DNA of 64,000 bases from Candidatus Babelota bacterium (GCA_965658655.1 CBFHTA010000001.1:457005-521004); one strand, 5' to 3'; numbered from the stretch's first letter, positions 40,598 to 51,147 are shown. The notes: generated from the letters alone by a model not told the origin. Numbers and translations: made by a program.

Positions 40598-40732
40598 GTT
40601 TCTTTTAGGTTAGAATTTTATTGAAAACTATATTTTTAAGGGTACTTCTGCAGGCTTTGTTGCGGTAAACTGGTCTCTCGGGTAAACTAGAGTAATCTGG
40701 TCTAAGGGATATTAATTTATAGAAAGTACGGT

Positions 40733-42427
40733 ATGGCAACACAACTCAATCTCGCTCGTAAATGGCGCTCTAAGCAGTTCGATCAAGTAGTCGGGCAAGA
40801 GTTGTCTATTCGTATGTTACAAAATAGTTTGTACTTGAATCAAATCTTTCCAGTCTATTTATTTTCTGGTCAACGAGGGTGTGGGAAAACAACTACTGCT
40901 CGTATTTTTGCAGCAGCGCTCAACTGTGCAGATTTGCCTGCTTTTAGAAAAGATCCTAAGTCTCATAAAATTCCATGCCTTAACTGTGAGTCGTGCAAAG
41001 CAATGGCAACCGGAAGTCATCCAGATTTCATTGAGATTGATGCTGCTTCACATACCGGGGTAGACAATGTCCGCCAGATTATTGATGCTGCATCGTTGCT
41101 TCCTGTTATGGGAACTAAGCGTTTATATCTTATTGACGAAGCGCACATGCTTAGTAAAGCAGCGTTCAATGCATTTTTAAAAATTTTAGAAGAACCGCCA
41201 GCGTCAGTTGTGTTTATGTTAGCAACAACTGATCCACAAAAGATTATAGAAACGGTTCGTTCTCGTTGCTTTCAGTTGTTTTTTCCTGCTCTTGCTATTG
41301 ACGCACTGCTTAAGCATTTACAACATGTGTGTACTGCAGAAAATATTCGTGCCGATGAAAATGCACTCAAAGTTATTATTCAAGAAACTGAAGGTTCTGC
41401 GCGGGATGCACTTAATCTTTTAGAGCAGGTAAGATTTGCTCATGCACAGGTTTCTAAAGACGCGGTGCTAAAAGTTCTTGGCCATGTGCCAGAGCCGATT
41501 CTACTTGATCTTTTTGCTCAACTTACAACCGGTGACCCAGCGCAACTGTTAACATTTTTTGAAGAAAAGAATGTTGCTAATTATACGCCTTTGGCAGTTT
41601 GGCAGAAGTTACAGGAACTGATTCGTAGTATTCTGTTTGTAAAGTATGGTGTTGCGCGTCAGGTAATGTTTGAAGATAAAGAGCGCGTTGCTGCTTTTGC
41701 CCGTAAATGTTCTTTAGAGCAATTGACAGGTTACTTGCAGCGTGTGTATCAAACGGAAATGTTGTTGCTAAAAACAACTGCGCAGCAGGGCGTTTTGGAA
41801 ATGATGTTGCTTGGTATGTGTAAACCGGAAGCGGTTACGCAGCAAGTAGTACCCGCTCCAACAGCTGTAACGGCTCAAAAAAAAACAGCAGTTTCCAAAC
41901 CAACTCCAGTAGCACCAGTTAAAGCGCTTCAAGATGATCGATGGAATGCTTTTATTGCAAAAGTAGAACAATTAAGTGATCCGATGTTAAGTTCAATTTT
42001 TAAACAAGCAAAATTTAGAAGTTACGATTTAAAAACTCATGAACTTACCGTTGCTTTTGCGCAAGACACTACGTTTTTTGGAGATTGGTTAAAAGAGACA
42101 AAAGCAGCATGGATGAATTTTTTAAAAGAGATTTTTTCAGCGGAGGTGCAATTTAAACCGGTATTTGAGAAGTCGGTTGCACAGGTGAAGTCTGCTCCCT
42201 CGATACAAACGCCTTCGGCTTCCAATCGGGATGATTCGAAGATAGGAGGAGCGCTTGCAAAACCGCAGCAACAATCAGGTTCACCCAATAAATTTGTGCG
42301 AACACAACCAAAAAGAGCAATGATAGTGAATGTATCGGATAAAGAAAAATGGAAAACGGCAAATAAATTAGTAGATGCCTTTGGTGGCACAGTTGTAGAG
42401 GTTGAGGGGGAACATGAAAAAGCGTAA
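40733..42427 (+). CDS. dnaX: DNA polymerase III subunit gamma/tau
   Basis: ARKWR..F..VVGQ, GQRGCGKTT, EIDAAS, DEAHML, SRC. Confidence 0.96.
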   Translation: MATQLNLARKWRSKQFDQVVGQELSIRMLQNSLYLNQIFPVYLFSGQRGCGKTTTARIFAAALNCADLPAFRKDPKSHKIPCLNCESCKAMATGSHPDFIEIDAASHTGVDNVRQIIDAASLLPVMGTKRLYLIDEAHMLSKAAFNAFLKILEEPPASVVFMLATTDPQKIIETVRSRCFQLFFPALAIDALLKHLQHVCTAENIRADENALKVIIQETEGSARDALNLLEQVRFAHAQVSKDAVLKVLGHVPEPILLDLFAQLTTGDPAQLLTFFEEKNVANYTPLAVWQKLQELIRSILFVKYGVARQVMFEDKERVAAFARKCSLEQLTGYLQRVYQTEMLLLKTTAQQGVLEMMLLGMCKPEAVTQQVVPAPTAVTAQKKTAVSKPTPVAPVKALQDDRWNAFIAKVEQLSDPMLSSIFKQAKFRSYDLKTHELTVAFAQDTTFFGDWLKETKAAWMNFLKEIFSAEVQFKPVFEKSVAQVKSAPSIQTPSASNRDDSKIGGALAKPQQQSGSPNKFVRTQPKRAMIVNVSDKEKWKTANKLVDAFGGTVVEVEGEHEKA

Positions 42428-43730
42428 TAAAGTTGTAATTATTGGTAGAACCAATGTTGGTAAATCCACACTATTTAATAGACTTTCTACTTCGGTAAAA
42501 AGTATGGCGCTTGACTACGAAGGAGTAACACGAGATTTTGTGTTCGATACTGTAGATTGGAAAGGGCGTACTTTTGAAATGATTGATACAGGTGGTATCG
42601 ATTTTAAAAAAGGTTTGGATTACTTAACCGAAGCGATTCGTGAACGTGCAATTGAGGTGCTAGAGTCGTCTGACGTTGTAATTTTTGTGTTGGACGGAAA
42701 AGTGGGAGTAACTTCTGAAGATCAAGCGCTGGCAAAGTTTGTGCACAAACTGGGTAAGCCTACTATTCTTGCAGTTAATAAGATAGACAGTAAGCAAACG
42801 GCAGAAAATATTGGTGAGTTTCATCGACTTGGATTTAAAAATGTTCTTGAGATTTCTGCACAACATGGAACTGGTTCTGGAGATTTACTAGATGAGATTC
42901 TTTTCCAATTACCTAAAGAAGAGAATGAGAAAGAAGATAAGCCTGAATTTAAAGTAGTATTGCTTGGTAAGCCAAATGTTGGGAAGTCTTCTTTAACTAA
43001 TTTATTGCTAGATAAAGAACGTTCTTTGGTTGCCGATATTCCTGGTACTACACGAGAGGCGATTACTGATCGTATTAAATTTTATAAAGAGACTATTCAG
43101 GTTACAGACACTGCTGGTGTACGGCGTAAAAGTTCGGTAGATGAAAATATTGAAGAGCTCATGGTTAAAAGTTCTTTGGCTGCAGTACGAGATGCAGACA
43201 TTGTTCTGTTGCTCATTGACGGTAACGAAGCAGAGCTTTCTCAACAAGAGTTAAAGCTTGCTTCATATGTTTTTCAAGAAGGTAAAGCATTAATTATTTT
43301 ACGTAACAAGCACGATCTGATTGACGATGATAAACAAACCCAATGGGATTTTGAAAAAGAGCCGTACGATTATCTTTTAAAGAAGCTAGAAGTTGTGACT
43401 ATCTCTTGTAAAACAAGGCATCATGTAGGGAAGATTCTACCACTAATCACCAAAGTGTGGGAACGGTATAACACTCATTTTTCTACCACCCATCTTACTA
43501 TGTTATGTAAAGGGGCACTTGAGAATAAGCCTTTGTACCATAAAAGGCAGCGACTTAAGCTGCACTCTATTCAGCAGGTTGCAACTGCGCCTCCAACTAT
43601 TCGATTAAATGTGAATCACACAGAATGGTTTGGAAACAGTCAACTAAGTTTCTTTGAAAATGTTTTGCGTAAAGATGGTGACCTTAAGAGTGTTCCAATT
43701 AAGTTTGCCTTGCGAAAAATGTTCTTCTAA
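42414..43730 (+). CDS. der: Ribosome biogenesis GTPase Der (EngA)
   Basis: Two G-domains (GRTNVGKS, GKPNVGKS) plus KH-like C-terminus. Confidence 0.96.
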   Translation: MKKRNKVVIIGRTNVGKSTLFNRLSTSVKSMALDYEGVTRDFVFDTVDWKGRTFEMIDTGGIDFKKGLDYLTEAIRERAIEVLESSDVVIFVLDGKVGVTSEDQALAKFVHKLGKPTILAVNKIDSKQTAENIGEFHRLGFKNVLEISAQHGTGSGDLLDEILFQLPKEENEKEDKPEFKVVLLGKPNVGKSSLTNLLLDKERSLVADIPGTTREAITDRIKFYKETIQVTDTAGVRRKSSVDENIEELMVKSSLAAVRDADIVLLLIDGNEAELSQQELKLASYVFQEGKALIILRNKHDLIDDDKQTQWDFEKEPYDYLLKKLEVVTISCKTRHHVGKILPLITKVWERYNTHFSTTHLTMLCKGALENKPLYHKRQRLKLHSIQQVATAPPTIRLNVNHTEWFGNSQLSFFENVLRKDGDLKSVPIKFALRKMFF

Positions 43731-43741
43731 ATTAGAGATAA

Positions 43742-43773
43742 TAAAAAAGCCTCGATAATACGAGGCTTTTTTA
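43742..43773. terminator. Bidirectional intrinsic terminator
   Basis: A6GCCTCG-ataata-CGAGGCT6. Confidence 0.8.
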
Positions 43774-43812
43774 CTTGGTTAGTTTTGTATTATCGATGTT
43801 TTCTTCTGGAGC

Positions 43813-44478
43813 CTAAATATCTGCTTGAGATTTTTTAATGTATGTGTTCATTAAGCTTACCAGGTTGTTATAACCTCGGCGTTGAGCAATCTTTAGGGGA
43901 GTGGTTTTTGAGTCATCAGAGGATTCTGGTTGCGCACCGTATTCGAGTAAAATTTGGGCAATAGCGTGGTTTCCGGCTCGAGCTGCTGCGTGAAGTGGGG
44001 TCCAACCTTCTTTATTTGCTTTGTTTGGTTGAGCACCGTTGTCTAACAGCATGCGGACTAATGTTACGTTGCCAGAACGTGCTGCAACATGAAGCGGTGT
44101 CCATCCACCGTTGTCTGTCATGTTCACATCGGCTCCAGTATAGATAAGATACAATGCAAGGTTGTAATGACTATTGCGAATAGCGCACATTAAAACCGTC
44201 CAGCCATCGTCTGTTTGTGCATTTACGCTGATTCCATTTTTAATTAATTGTGCAACTTTGTTCTGCTTACCTTCTTTGGCCGCTTCCATAATAGATTGCC
44301 ACTTGGTGGTAGATGGCCGAGCAATGGGAGATAAGTCATTACGTAATTGTAGGGGGATTAGTGCTTTTAGTTCTTCTCGTAATTGTTTTTGAGGTCTGAT
44401 TGTTGGGGACTCAAGGCCTTTTACAAAAGCGTGGTTTGTTTGGGCAACTAATAACAAAAGAGCTAAGAACTTCTTCAC
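43813..44478 (-). CDS. Secreted ankyrin-repeat protein (~4 repeats)
   Basis: Signal peptide; GWTPLHVAARSG, GWTPLHAAARAG. Confidence 0.92.
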   Translation of the reverse strand: MKKFLALLLLVAQTNHAFVKGLESPTIRPQKQLREELKALIPLQLRNDLSPIARPSTTKWQSIMEAAKEGKQNKVAQLIKNGISVNAQTDDGWTVLMCAIRNSHYNLALYLIYTGADVNMTDNGGWTPLHVAARSGNVTLVRMLLDNGAQPNKANKEGWTPLHAAARAGNHAIAQILLEYGAQPESSDDSKTTPLKIAQRRGYNNLVSLMNTYIKKSQADI

Positions 44479-44597
44479 GATTATCCTTGTATGTATTGTG
44501 TGATTGGGAAAGTAATTCTAACTTTTAAATTTTATTTTTTCAAACTTTTGAATTATGGTATCAAAGAACGTAGTAACAATTTAGCAGGGAGATAAAG

Positions 44598-44933
44598 ATG
44601 AATGTTAGAATAGCGTTTCGTGGTATGGAGCACTCAGATTCAGTAGAAAATTACGCAAACAAGGAAATGGAAAAACTTACAAAGTTTCTTCATAAAGAAC
44701 CGGAACCTCTTTCTTTTGATCTAGTTCTTCAGGCTGATAAAAATCATACGCATCATAAAGTTGAATTAAGGTTGAGTGGTAAAAATCTTAATTTAGTGGC
44801 CGCTCGAGAAGGAAAAGACCTTTATCAAGAAATTGATCACGTTGTTAAAATCATGGGTAAAGAGCTTCAAAAAAACAAAGAGAAAGCTCTTGATAAACGC
44901 AATCATCCCAATACTCCTAAAGATAGCTTCTAA
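44598..44933 (+). CDS. hpf: Ribosome hibernation factor (HPF/RaiA family)
   Basis: MNVRIAFRGMEHS..VENY; DLYQEID. Confidence 0.85.
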   Translation: MNVRIAFRGMEHSDSVENYANKEMEKLTKFLHKEPEPLSFDLVLQADKNHTHHKVELRLSGKNLNLVAAREGKDLYQEIDHVVKIMGKELQKNKEKALDKRNHPNTPKDSF

Positions 44934-44967
44934 AGTTGTTGTAAGAGTTTGTTTTTCGGTTTAATGT

Positions 44968-45023
44968 AAAAAATACCCAGAGAGACTCGGCTTTTATTAT
45001 TGAGTCAATCTGGGTATTTTTTT
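44968..45023. terminator. Long bidirectional hairpin/terminator
   Basis: A6TACCCAGA/TCTGGGTAT7 outer stem with GACTC/GAGTC inner stem. Confidence 0.65.
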
Positions 45024-45041
45024 AGAAATTGTATCGAAGTA

Positions 45042-46853
45042 TTAAGGCAGTATGTCTAGAATACTATCGTTATTGTCTTTACTGTATTTGTTAAGTTCTT
45101 TTTCAACTTCATCAATTGGCATGTCATACATTTCACTTTGCCATCTCTTGAGTTCTTGTCCTGAATTAGGATTAACAACTAATAGGTTTGGCGCACCCCA
45201 TGTATCGTAGCGAGCTTTAAGAGATTTGTATGGTTCCGTTTCACTGTCAGAAGCATCCACCGACAAGATAACGTACTTGTCTTGTAAGATTTTTGTTATC
45301 TTAGGGTTTTTTAGAACGGTAGCTGTAATTGCTTTGCAGATTGAACAATATGGTGTCCAGAAATCAATAAACAGCATTTTGTTTTCGTTTTTCGCTTTAG
45401 ATACAGCAGTGCCATAATTTGTCTGCCAAGACTTTTCAAATGCATTATTTGCTAATTCTGGGTAATACACATTTTGGAATGTTTCGATGGCTAGAAAGAC
45501 TGTTACAACGAGTGCGATTACTCCAACAATGTTTTGTGTTTTATTGCTGATTCCTGTGGATTTGTATGCAGAAGAGAAGTAATAATAACCAATAACTGCG
45601 GAGAACACGGTAAGACCCATTAGAATAATGTACCATGGCAAAATGTTACTTAAGTAGTAAAAGCACATACCAATTAACATAAACCCAAAGACTTTTTGTA
45701 CTTCGAGCATCCAGCTTCCTGCGCGTGGTAGCAAATTAATAGAGCCAGAGAATGTTCCAATAACAATCAATGGTGTACTGATTCCAATACCAAATGCAAA
45801 CAAGAGCAAGAAGCCTAAAAATTTGTTTGCCATGGTTGCTACCATTGTCAAGATTAATGCTAATCCTGGAGACAAACAGGGTGAGGAAACAGTACCGCTT
45901 GCAAGACCAAATGCAAAGATAGAAAGAGCAGATCCAGATTTTGAAACAGAGCCTTTATTCTGCATAAAACGTGGAATGTACAGTGTATAGAAACCGAACA
46001 TAGAGAATGCAAAATAGAGTAAGAAGGCAACAATGAAAAGTACAAAAATGGGGTTGACCATAATAGAGCCAAACGCTGCACCAGAGCTTGCTGCAAGAAG
46101 TCCCATAATAGAAAATGTTGTTCCGAGCCCCAATGCGTAGCAGCAAGAAAGTAAGAAGTTTCTAAAAACAGAAGTGCTACCTTGGGATTGTAAGATACCT
46201 ACGGTGATAGGAACCATAGGGTAAATACATGGTGTAAGACTTAATAAAAGTCCTAGTAGGAATGCTAAAAGAATACGCAAGAACCATGAATTAGTATGTG
46301 AAATAGTGTCTTTCAGCTCTTCACGATATTTTTTTAAGACTTCCATAAAAGTTTCTCCACCTTTAGGCGAAACTTTTTTTACTTCAGGAGTTTTTTTCTT
46401 TTCTTTTGTTTTTGTGGGTTCAGTTACTTTAGAGAGATCGGTCTTTTCTCCTTTTGCCTTAAACTTAATGGCAAAGGTTTCTTCTTTTGGTTTTGGAGAT
46501 TGGTTAGATGCAAGGGTAACGTGTAATGATGCTTGTACAGGGTCCTCTGTTTTTTTGGTTACTTCTGCACTGATGCAGAAGTTCTCTGCAAATGATTTAC
46601 ACGTTGTCTTTAGATGATGGTCGTAATTATCTTTAGCTGGGTGGTCTGTTTTCCATTTTGAAAGTTTAACATGAGGATTATTACTTGAGAGTGTTATTTT
46701 TTTCTCATCTATATGTTCATGTGGATTAAGAATAACGTGGAGGATAACCTCTGTTTTGGTGGGGCTTATTTCTTTTTGTTCAGACGTTATGGTATAAGGT
46801 AGAACAAATGAAGGGATTAACAAGGCGAATAAAAGACTCAGCTTTTTTCTCAT
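45042..46853 (-). CDS. dsbD: Thiol:disulfide interchange protein DsbD
   Basis: TPCIYP and SPCLSP TM cysteines; C-terminal thioredoxin fold YCSICK. Confidence 0.88.
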   Translation of the reverse strand: MRKKLSLLFALLIPSFVLPYTITSEQKEISPTKTEVILHVILNPHEHIDEKKITLSSNNPHVKLSKWKTDHPAKDNYDHHLKTTCKSFAENFCISAEVTKKTEDPVQASLHVTLASNQSPKPKEETFAIKFKAKGEKTDLSKVTEPTKTKEKKKTPEVKKVSPKGGETFMEVLKKYREELKDTISHTNSWFLRILLAFLLGLLLSLTPCIYPMVPITVGILQSQGSTSVFRNFLLSCCYALGLGTTFSIMGLLAASSGAAFGSIMVNPIFVLFIVAFLLYFAFSMFGFYTLYIPRFMQNKGSVSKSGSALSIFAFGLASGTVSSPCLSPGLALILTMVATMANKFLGFLLLFAFGIGISTPLIVIGTFSGSINLLPRAGSWMLEVQKVFGFMLIGMCFYYLSNILPWYIILMGLTVFSAVIGYYYFSSAYKSTGISNKTQNIVGVIALVVTVFLAIETFQNVYYPELANNAFEKSWQTNYGTAVSKAKNENKMLFIDFWTPYCSICKAITATVLKNPKITKILQDKYVILSVDASDSETEPYKSLKARYDTWGAPNLLVVNPNSGQELKRWQSEMYDMPIDEVEKELNKYSKDNNDSILDILP

Positions 46854-46879
46854 ACGATCTCCAGACAGGGGTAAAAAGT

Positions 46880-46907
46880 TTGCAAATTATAAACGTTAAT
46901 TTACACT
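46880..46907 (+). promoter_or_regulatory. tRNA-Ala promoter
   Basis: TTGCAA-16 nt-TACACT. Confidence 0.5.
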
Positions 46908-46941
46908 TACTATACTGTAAATTTCTCAAGAGACAATAATT

Positions 46942-47017
46942 GGGGCCGTAGCTCAGTTGGTAGAGCGCATGGATGGCATTCATGAGGCCAGCGGTTCGAA
47001 CCCGCTCGGCTCCACCA
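46942..47017 (+). tRNA. tRNA-Ala(GGC)
   Basis: 76 nt; G3:U70; anticodon loop ATGGCAT; encoded CCA. Confidence 0.97.
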
Positions 47018-47035
47018 GTGTTTTAAGGAGGTGTC

Positions 47036-47437
47036 ATGAATGAAGATCTGTTTCAAATAGCAGCAAAGGCGGTTGTTAAAGATTCAGAAGGACATATTCT
47101 TTTGATAAAGATCAGTAATCCTCAAAAAAGATACTGGGATTTGCCCGGTGGTCGCATACAAAAAGAGAGCACCATCGAAGAAACACTTCGTCGAGAAATT
47201 GAAGAAGAAACGGGCATTGTAGACATTCAAGACGTAAAACCTCTGACAACTTTTCTAACGCATATTCGTCTGCCAATTAATCAAGACCAAACTTCTGGAT
47301 TAATTTTTTTTGTATACACATGTCAATTGGCAAAGAAATGTGAAATTGTGCTTTCTGAAGAGCATACAGAATATAAATGGGCTGCCCCAGAAGAAGCAGC
47401 CGCATTATTGTCTCGATTTGATATTCCGTTTATTTAG
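47036..47437 (+). CDS. NUDIX hydrolase
   Basis: Nudix box PGGRIQKESTIEETLRREIEEETG. Confidence 0.92.
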   Translation: MNEDLFQIAAKAVVKDSEGHILLIKISNPQKRYWDLPGGRIQKESTIEETLRREIEEETGIVDIQDVKPLTTFLTHIRLPINQDQTSGLIFFVYTCQLAKKCEIVLSEEHTEYKWAAPEEAAALLSRFDIPFI

Positions 47438-47586
47438 TGAGATTCTTTTGGAGGAGTTCCGGCTTCGTATACAACCTTGCCGTTTTCTTTAACATCTACT
47501 CCACCGTGAAATTTAACAACGCCGGTGAAATAACCAACTACACCAAGGGCTACAAGAATAATAATCGCCCACAACCATTTACTCAT
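47434..47586 (-). CDS. Small membrane-anchored protein (50 aa)
   Basis: MSKWLWAIIILVALGVVGYFTGVVKFHGGVDVKENGKVVYEAGTPPKESH; AAGGAG RBS; not in the ORF track. Confidence 0.7.
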   Translation of the reverse strand: MSKWLWAIIILVALGVVGYFTGVVKFHGGVDVKENGKVVYEAGTPPKESH

Positions 47587-47622
47587 GGTTTCTCCTTTTA
47601 GTTAATAGAAATACTACCGTAC

Positions 47623-48420
47623 TTATGCTTCAATGAGATTTACATTTCCACTTGAAGTGTGAAGTTTAATAGTAACACCATCTACTGTGCCAATGTGACC
47701 TTGAATATCACGACGCAAGTTAGCCATTGTTTTTTTGCTAATTTGCATTGGACGTTGTGCAAGAGTGACGGGGTGAGTACTCGTAATTCTTCCTTTTTGC
47801 GCTTTTGCGTAGAGTTTGGCAGAGGTTTTCGCAGGAAGTTCTATTTTAATATTTCCACGTCCGCTGACCGCTAATACCTTGTGCTTTTTTTCAAGTTTTT
47901 TTGCATGAATGCGAATGTTTCCATGCCGTGTGTTTGCGTGTACAGAGTTGGTAATATTTTTGCAGACAATAGAACCTTTGTAGGTTTGTATTTTTATAGG
48001 TTGGTCAGTATTTTTGATTTCAATGTTACCTTGATCGGTATGTGCAAGCGTGATGTGTGCGGTGTGTGGAATTAAAATAGTGTAATCAACGCTACATTTG
48101 TGTTGAGAATCTGACTGTACAGTTTTAACAGAAGCACCTTTTTCTGTGTATTTGGTTACAATGTCTGTTCCTGCAATACCCTCAGGAGAGCCTTTTTTGA
48201 CCGCTTCAACTACTAATTTATTTTGTTTCCAAGTTTTAATAGAAACATTCCCTTTAGTATTTTCTATTCTAAAGGTACTATTAGGAGTGAGTATTTGTTC
48301 TTTAGAAACAACCTCGCTGTTGTTGTCCCATAAAGAACGAACAGAATCAAATATTGATGCGTGCATAGTGTATGCTGTACAAAGAGAGAGTAGTAGAAAA
48401 AATCGTATTGAGTGTTTCAT
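47623..48420 (-). CDS. Secreted DUF4097-like beta-strand repeat (putative adhesin) protein
   Basis: Signal peptide; repeated T..GNI.I motifs ending TSSGNVNL. Confidence 0.75.
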   Translation of the reverse strand: MKHSIRFFLLLSLCTAYTMHASIFDSVRSLWDNNSEVVSKEQILTPNSTFRIENTKGNVSIKTWKQNKLVVEAVKKGSPEGIAGTDIVTKYTEKGASVKTVQSDSQHKCSVDYTILIPHTAHITLAHTDQGNIEIKNTDQPIKIQTYKGSIVCKNITNSVHANTRHGNIRIHAKKLEKKHKVLAVSGRGNIKIELPAKTSAKLYAKAQKGRITSTHPVTLAQRPMQISKKTMANLRRDIQGHIGTVDGVTIKLHTSSGNVNLIEA

Positions 48421-48459
48421 AATTTATCCTTCTTACCTTAAAGAGGAACTTTAATTTTT

Positions 48460-49863
48460 ATGAAGTCTACAAAAGTTGTAGAAAATATACAAAAAGCCAT
48501 ATCTTATATTTTTACCACATCGCCGCTGATAAAAGCAATTGTTGAACGTCTTGATCAATCTAAAGGACGGGCATTACTTGTGGGTGGTGCTGTGCGTGAC
48601 TTGGTGCAAGAAAAACCAGCTAAAGATCTCGATATTGAGGTTCATGGGCTTTCTATTGATCAGCTCGAACAAATACTAAAAGAATTTGGGCATGTTCGGC
48701 TAGTAGGCAAGGCTTTTGGTGTATTGCGAATTGATGGATTAGATGTTGATTGGTCTATTCCTCGTACCGATTCTTCGGGGAGAAAACCAAAGGTAGCGTT
48801 TGACCCTCATATGCCGCTGGAGCAAGCGTTGCGCCGACGAGATTTAACAATTAATGCCATGGCTGTAGATTTGATCACAAGAGAATTACAAGATCCATTC
48901 GATGGTTTACGTGATTTAGAAAAAGGAATCTTACGTGTGCCGGATAAACAACTGTTTATTGAAGATCCGCTGCGTTATTTTCGGGTTATGCAGTTTATTG
49001 GGCGCTTTCAACTAAAACCTGATCAAGAATTATATGAGCTGGGAAAAACTATGGACTTGCGCGATATTTCTCAAGAACGCATTATTCAGGAATTTGAAAA
49101 ATTATGCATCAAAGGTACAAAGCCGTCGATGGGTATTCAGTGGTTGCAAGACACGGGCAGACTTAAAGCTTTGTTGCCAGAAATTTACAATACGATTGGT
49201 GTTCAGCAAGATCCGGAATGGCACCCAGAAGGTGATGTGTACGAACATTCTAAACAGGCAATGGATGCAGCCGCTCGTTTAGAATACGAAACAGATGAAG
49301 ATAAAATAACCATGGTGCTTGCAGGGCTCTGTCACGATGTAGGAAAAGTGGTGGCAACTCAAAATATAGATGGTCGAATTAGATCTTTAGGACACGATGT
49401 TAAAGGGGTGCCGATTGCATCCACGTTTTTAGATAGAGTAATTAACACACAGAAAATTAAAGACCGTGTTTTAAAGTTGGTGCGCTATCATATGACTCCC
49501 GTTGCGTTTGTAAAAAATAATGCAAAAGCGTCGGCTTATAAGCGATTGGCTAAAAAACTTGCGCCAGAAACTAATATTCAAGAATTAACACGTTTGGCAT
49601 ATTGCGATAAATCAGGTAGAAATCCCGACAGACAAGCGCCATTTGAAGTGTGCCCTGAAGAATTAATTGAAGCTTTCTTAGAGGAGGCAAAAAAATATCG
49701 TGTTGATCAAACATTTGAACCACCCGTTTTGAAGGGTAAAGACTTACTAGAGCAGGTAAAACCAGGGCCTGACCTTGGAAAGCTTTTGGGAAAAGCCTAT
49801 ACTATTCAAATTGAAGAAGGCATTACTGATAAAGATGAACTGAAAAAACGATTGAAATTATGA
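48460..49863 (+). CDS. cca: CCA tRNA nucleotidyltransferase with HD domain
   Basis: VGGAVRD, DLDIE, RRDLTINAM, EDPLR, WHPEGDV, HD. Confidence 0.88.
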   Translation: MKSTKVVENIQKAISYIFTTSPLIKAIVERLDQSKGRALLVGGAVRDLVQEKPAKDLDIEVHGLSIDQLEQILKEFGHVRLVGKAFGVLRIDGLDVDWSIPRTDSSGRKPKVAFDPHMPLEQALRRRDLTINAMAVDLITRELQDPFDGLRDLEKGILRVPDKQLFIEDPLRYFRVMQFIGRFQLKPDQELYELGKTMDLRDISQERIIQEFEKLCIKGTKPSMGIQWLQDTGRLKALLPEIYNTIGVQQDPEWHPEGDVYEHSKQAMDAAARLEYETDEDKITMVLAGLCHDVGKVVATQNIDGRIRSLGHDVKGVPIASTFLDRVINTQKIKDRVLKLVRYHMTPVAFVKNNAKASAYKRLAKKLAPETNIQELTRLAYCDKSGRNPDRQAPFEVCPEELIEAFLEEAKKYRVDQTFEPPVLKGKDLLEQVKPGPDLGKLLGKAYTIQIEEGITDKDELKKRLKL

Positions 49864-50264
49864 AAAAAAAATTCCTGTTTCTTTTCCTTTTTCCTTTATG
49901 TACTTATTCTGTGGACTGGTTAACCCTATGTGGGACTCTAAAAAAATTTAGCTTGGACTTTTTAGCGTCAGAAATGTTTACTGAATCAGGAGACCATTGG
50001 GGAAAGCTTTCTGAGACAACCTCTCAACTTTCAGAAGAAGAAAAAAGAAAACTCATGGTAACTGCGGCCACTCAAAGACAAGAAGAGGAAAACAATATTC
50101 GTAAAAAGCTTGAGGCTTATTTAAGAGAAGAAACGAAACGCCAGCAAAAGGATCCTGAGTATCTTCGTTTGGTAGCTACAGCGCAATTGACTGGAGAAGC
50201 TATTCCGAAGATCAATGATTTTGAGATGCAGAATCTTAAGAAAAAATCGCACATTTGTAGCTAA
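49860..50264 (+). CDS. Secreted coiled-coil hypothetical protein
   Basis: MKKKFLFLFLFPLCTYS signal peptide; start overlaps the cca stop. Confidence 0.7.
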   Translation: MKKKFLFLFLFPLCTYSVDWLTLCGTLKKFSLDFLASEMFTESGDHWGKLSETTSQLSEEEKRKLMVTAATQRQEEENNIRKKLEAYLREETKRQQKDPEYLRLVATAQLTGEAIPKINDFEMQNLKKKSHICS

Positions 50265-50340
50265 AGATACATAGAAAATGCTCCATAGGCTTATTTATTA
50301 GAAAATTGATTTAAAAGTAAAGTAGGTGATAGTTGTGAAT

Positions 50341-51147
50341 ATGAAACAATTTCCTCTCATTATGTTTTTAGTGAGTTTAAATGTGCTTAACGCAGTCGGT
50401 CCTGCACCGGATAGAAAAACCTTACGAGATGTTTTAGCACACATGTCAGAAAAACAATTACAGCCTGTTGAAAAAGTATGGTTGGGTAACTTTGGAGAAT
50501 CTGAATATCTTCGTTCTACGCTCGATCTATCTAACGAAGGTATAGAGCAATTAACTCCTGCACCTAGTTCAGATGAATTGAAAGATAGATTTAAAGATGC
50601 GAGAGGTTTTGATTTTTCAAATAATAAAATCACAGGTGAAGTTGCACCAGAAACTTTTGCAGGTCTTAAAAATGTTCAAATGATAACACTTAATGGCAAT
50701 GAAATCACACGTATAACTCCTGATGCTTTTAAAGCAAATAACTCTTTGCAATGGGTTTTTTTTACAAATAATCCTAATATGGATGACGTTACTTTTAAAG
50801 ATCTTACTCAACTTTGGGGAATTCAGGGAACCGCTAAACGTGTTGATTTAGAAAATGTACCTATGCTTCATGCAGTAACAGTTGATGGTCTTACTAAACT
50901 TACAGCGGGAATGTTTGGTAAAAAACTTGGTTTAAAACATGACTGGTGTAAGGATATGACTATTGACCTTTCTAGATGTGATATAGAGGAAGTAGAGGAC
51001 GATTCTTTTGAAGAAGACAGTTTAAGAGAGAAGACGATTGTTAAAATAGGCGCGGGTAAAATTAATGATCAAGCTCTTATAGCGTTAGCTAGACAGCTTG
51101 TCAGTGCAGGTAAAGATAGAAAAACGGTGACTCTTGAAATATCATAA
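50341..51147 (+). CDS. Secreted leucine-rich-repeat protein
   Basis: Signal peptide; LDLSNEGI, FDFSNNKI, ITLNGNEITRITPDAF, FFTNNP. Confidence 0.8.
   Translation: MKQFPLIMFLVSLNVLNAVGPAPDRKTLRDVLAHMSEKQLQPVEKVWLGNFGESEYLRSTLDLSNEGIEQLTPAPSSDELKDRFKDARGFDFSNNKITGEVAPETFAGLKNVQMITLNGNEITRITPDAFKANNSLQWVFFTNNPNMDDVTFKDLTQLWGIQGTAKRVDLENVPMLHAVTVDGLTKLTAGMFGKKLGLKHDWCKDMTIDLSRCDIEEVEDDSFEEDSLREKTIVKIGAGKINDQALIALARQLVSAGKDRKTVTLEIS

Noticed and set aside
46780..46983. Minus-strand 67-aa ORF
   Set aside because: Overlaps tRNA-Ala and the dsbD start; spurious
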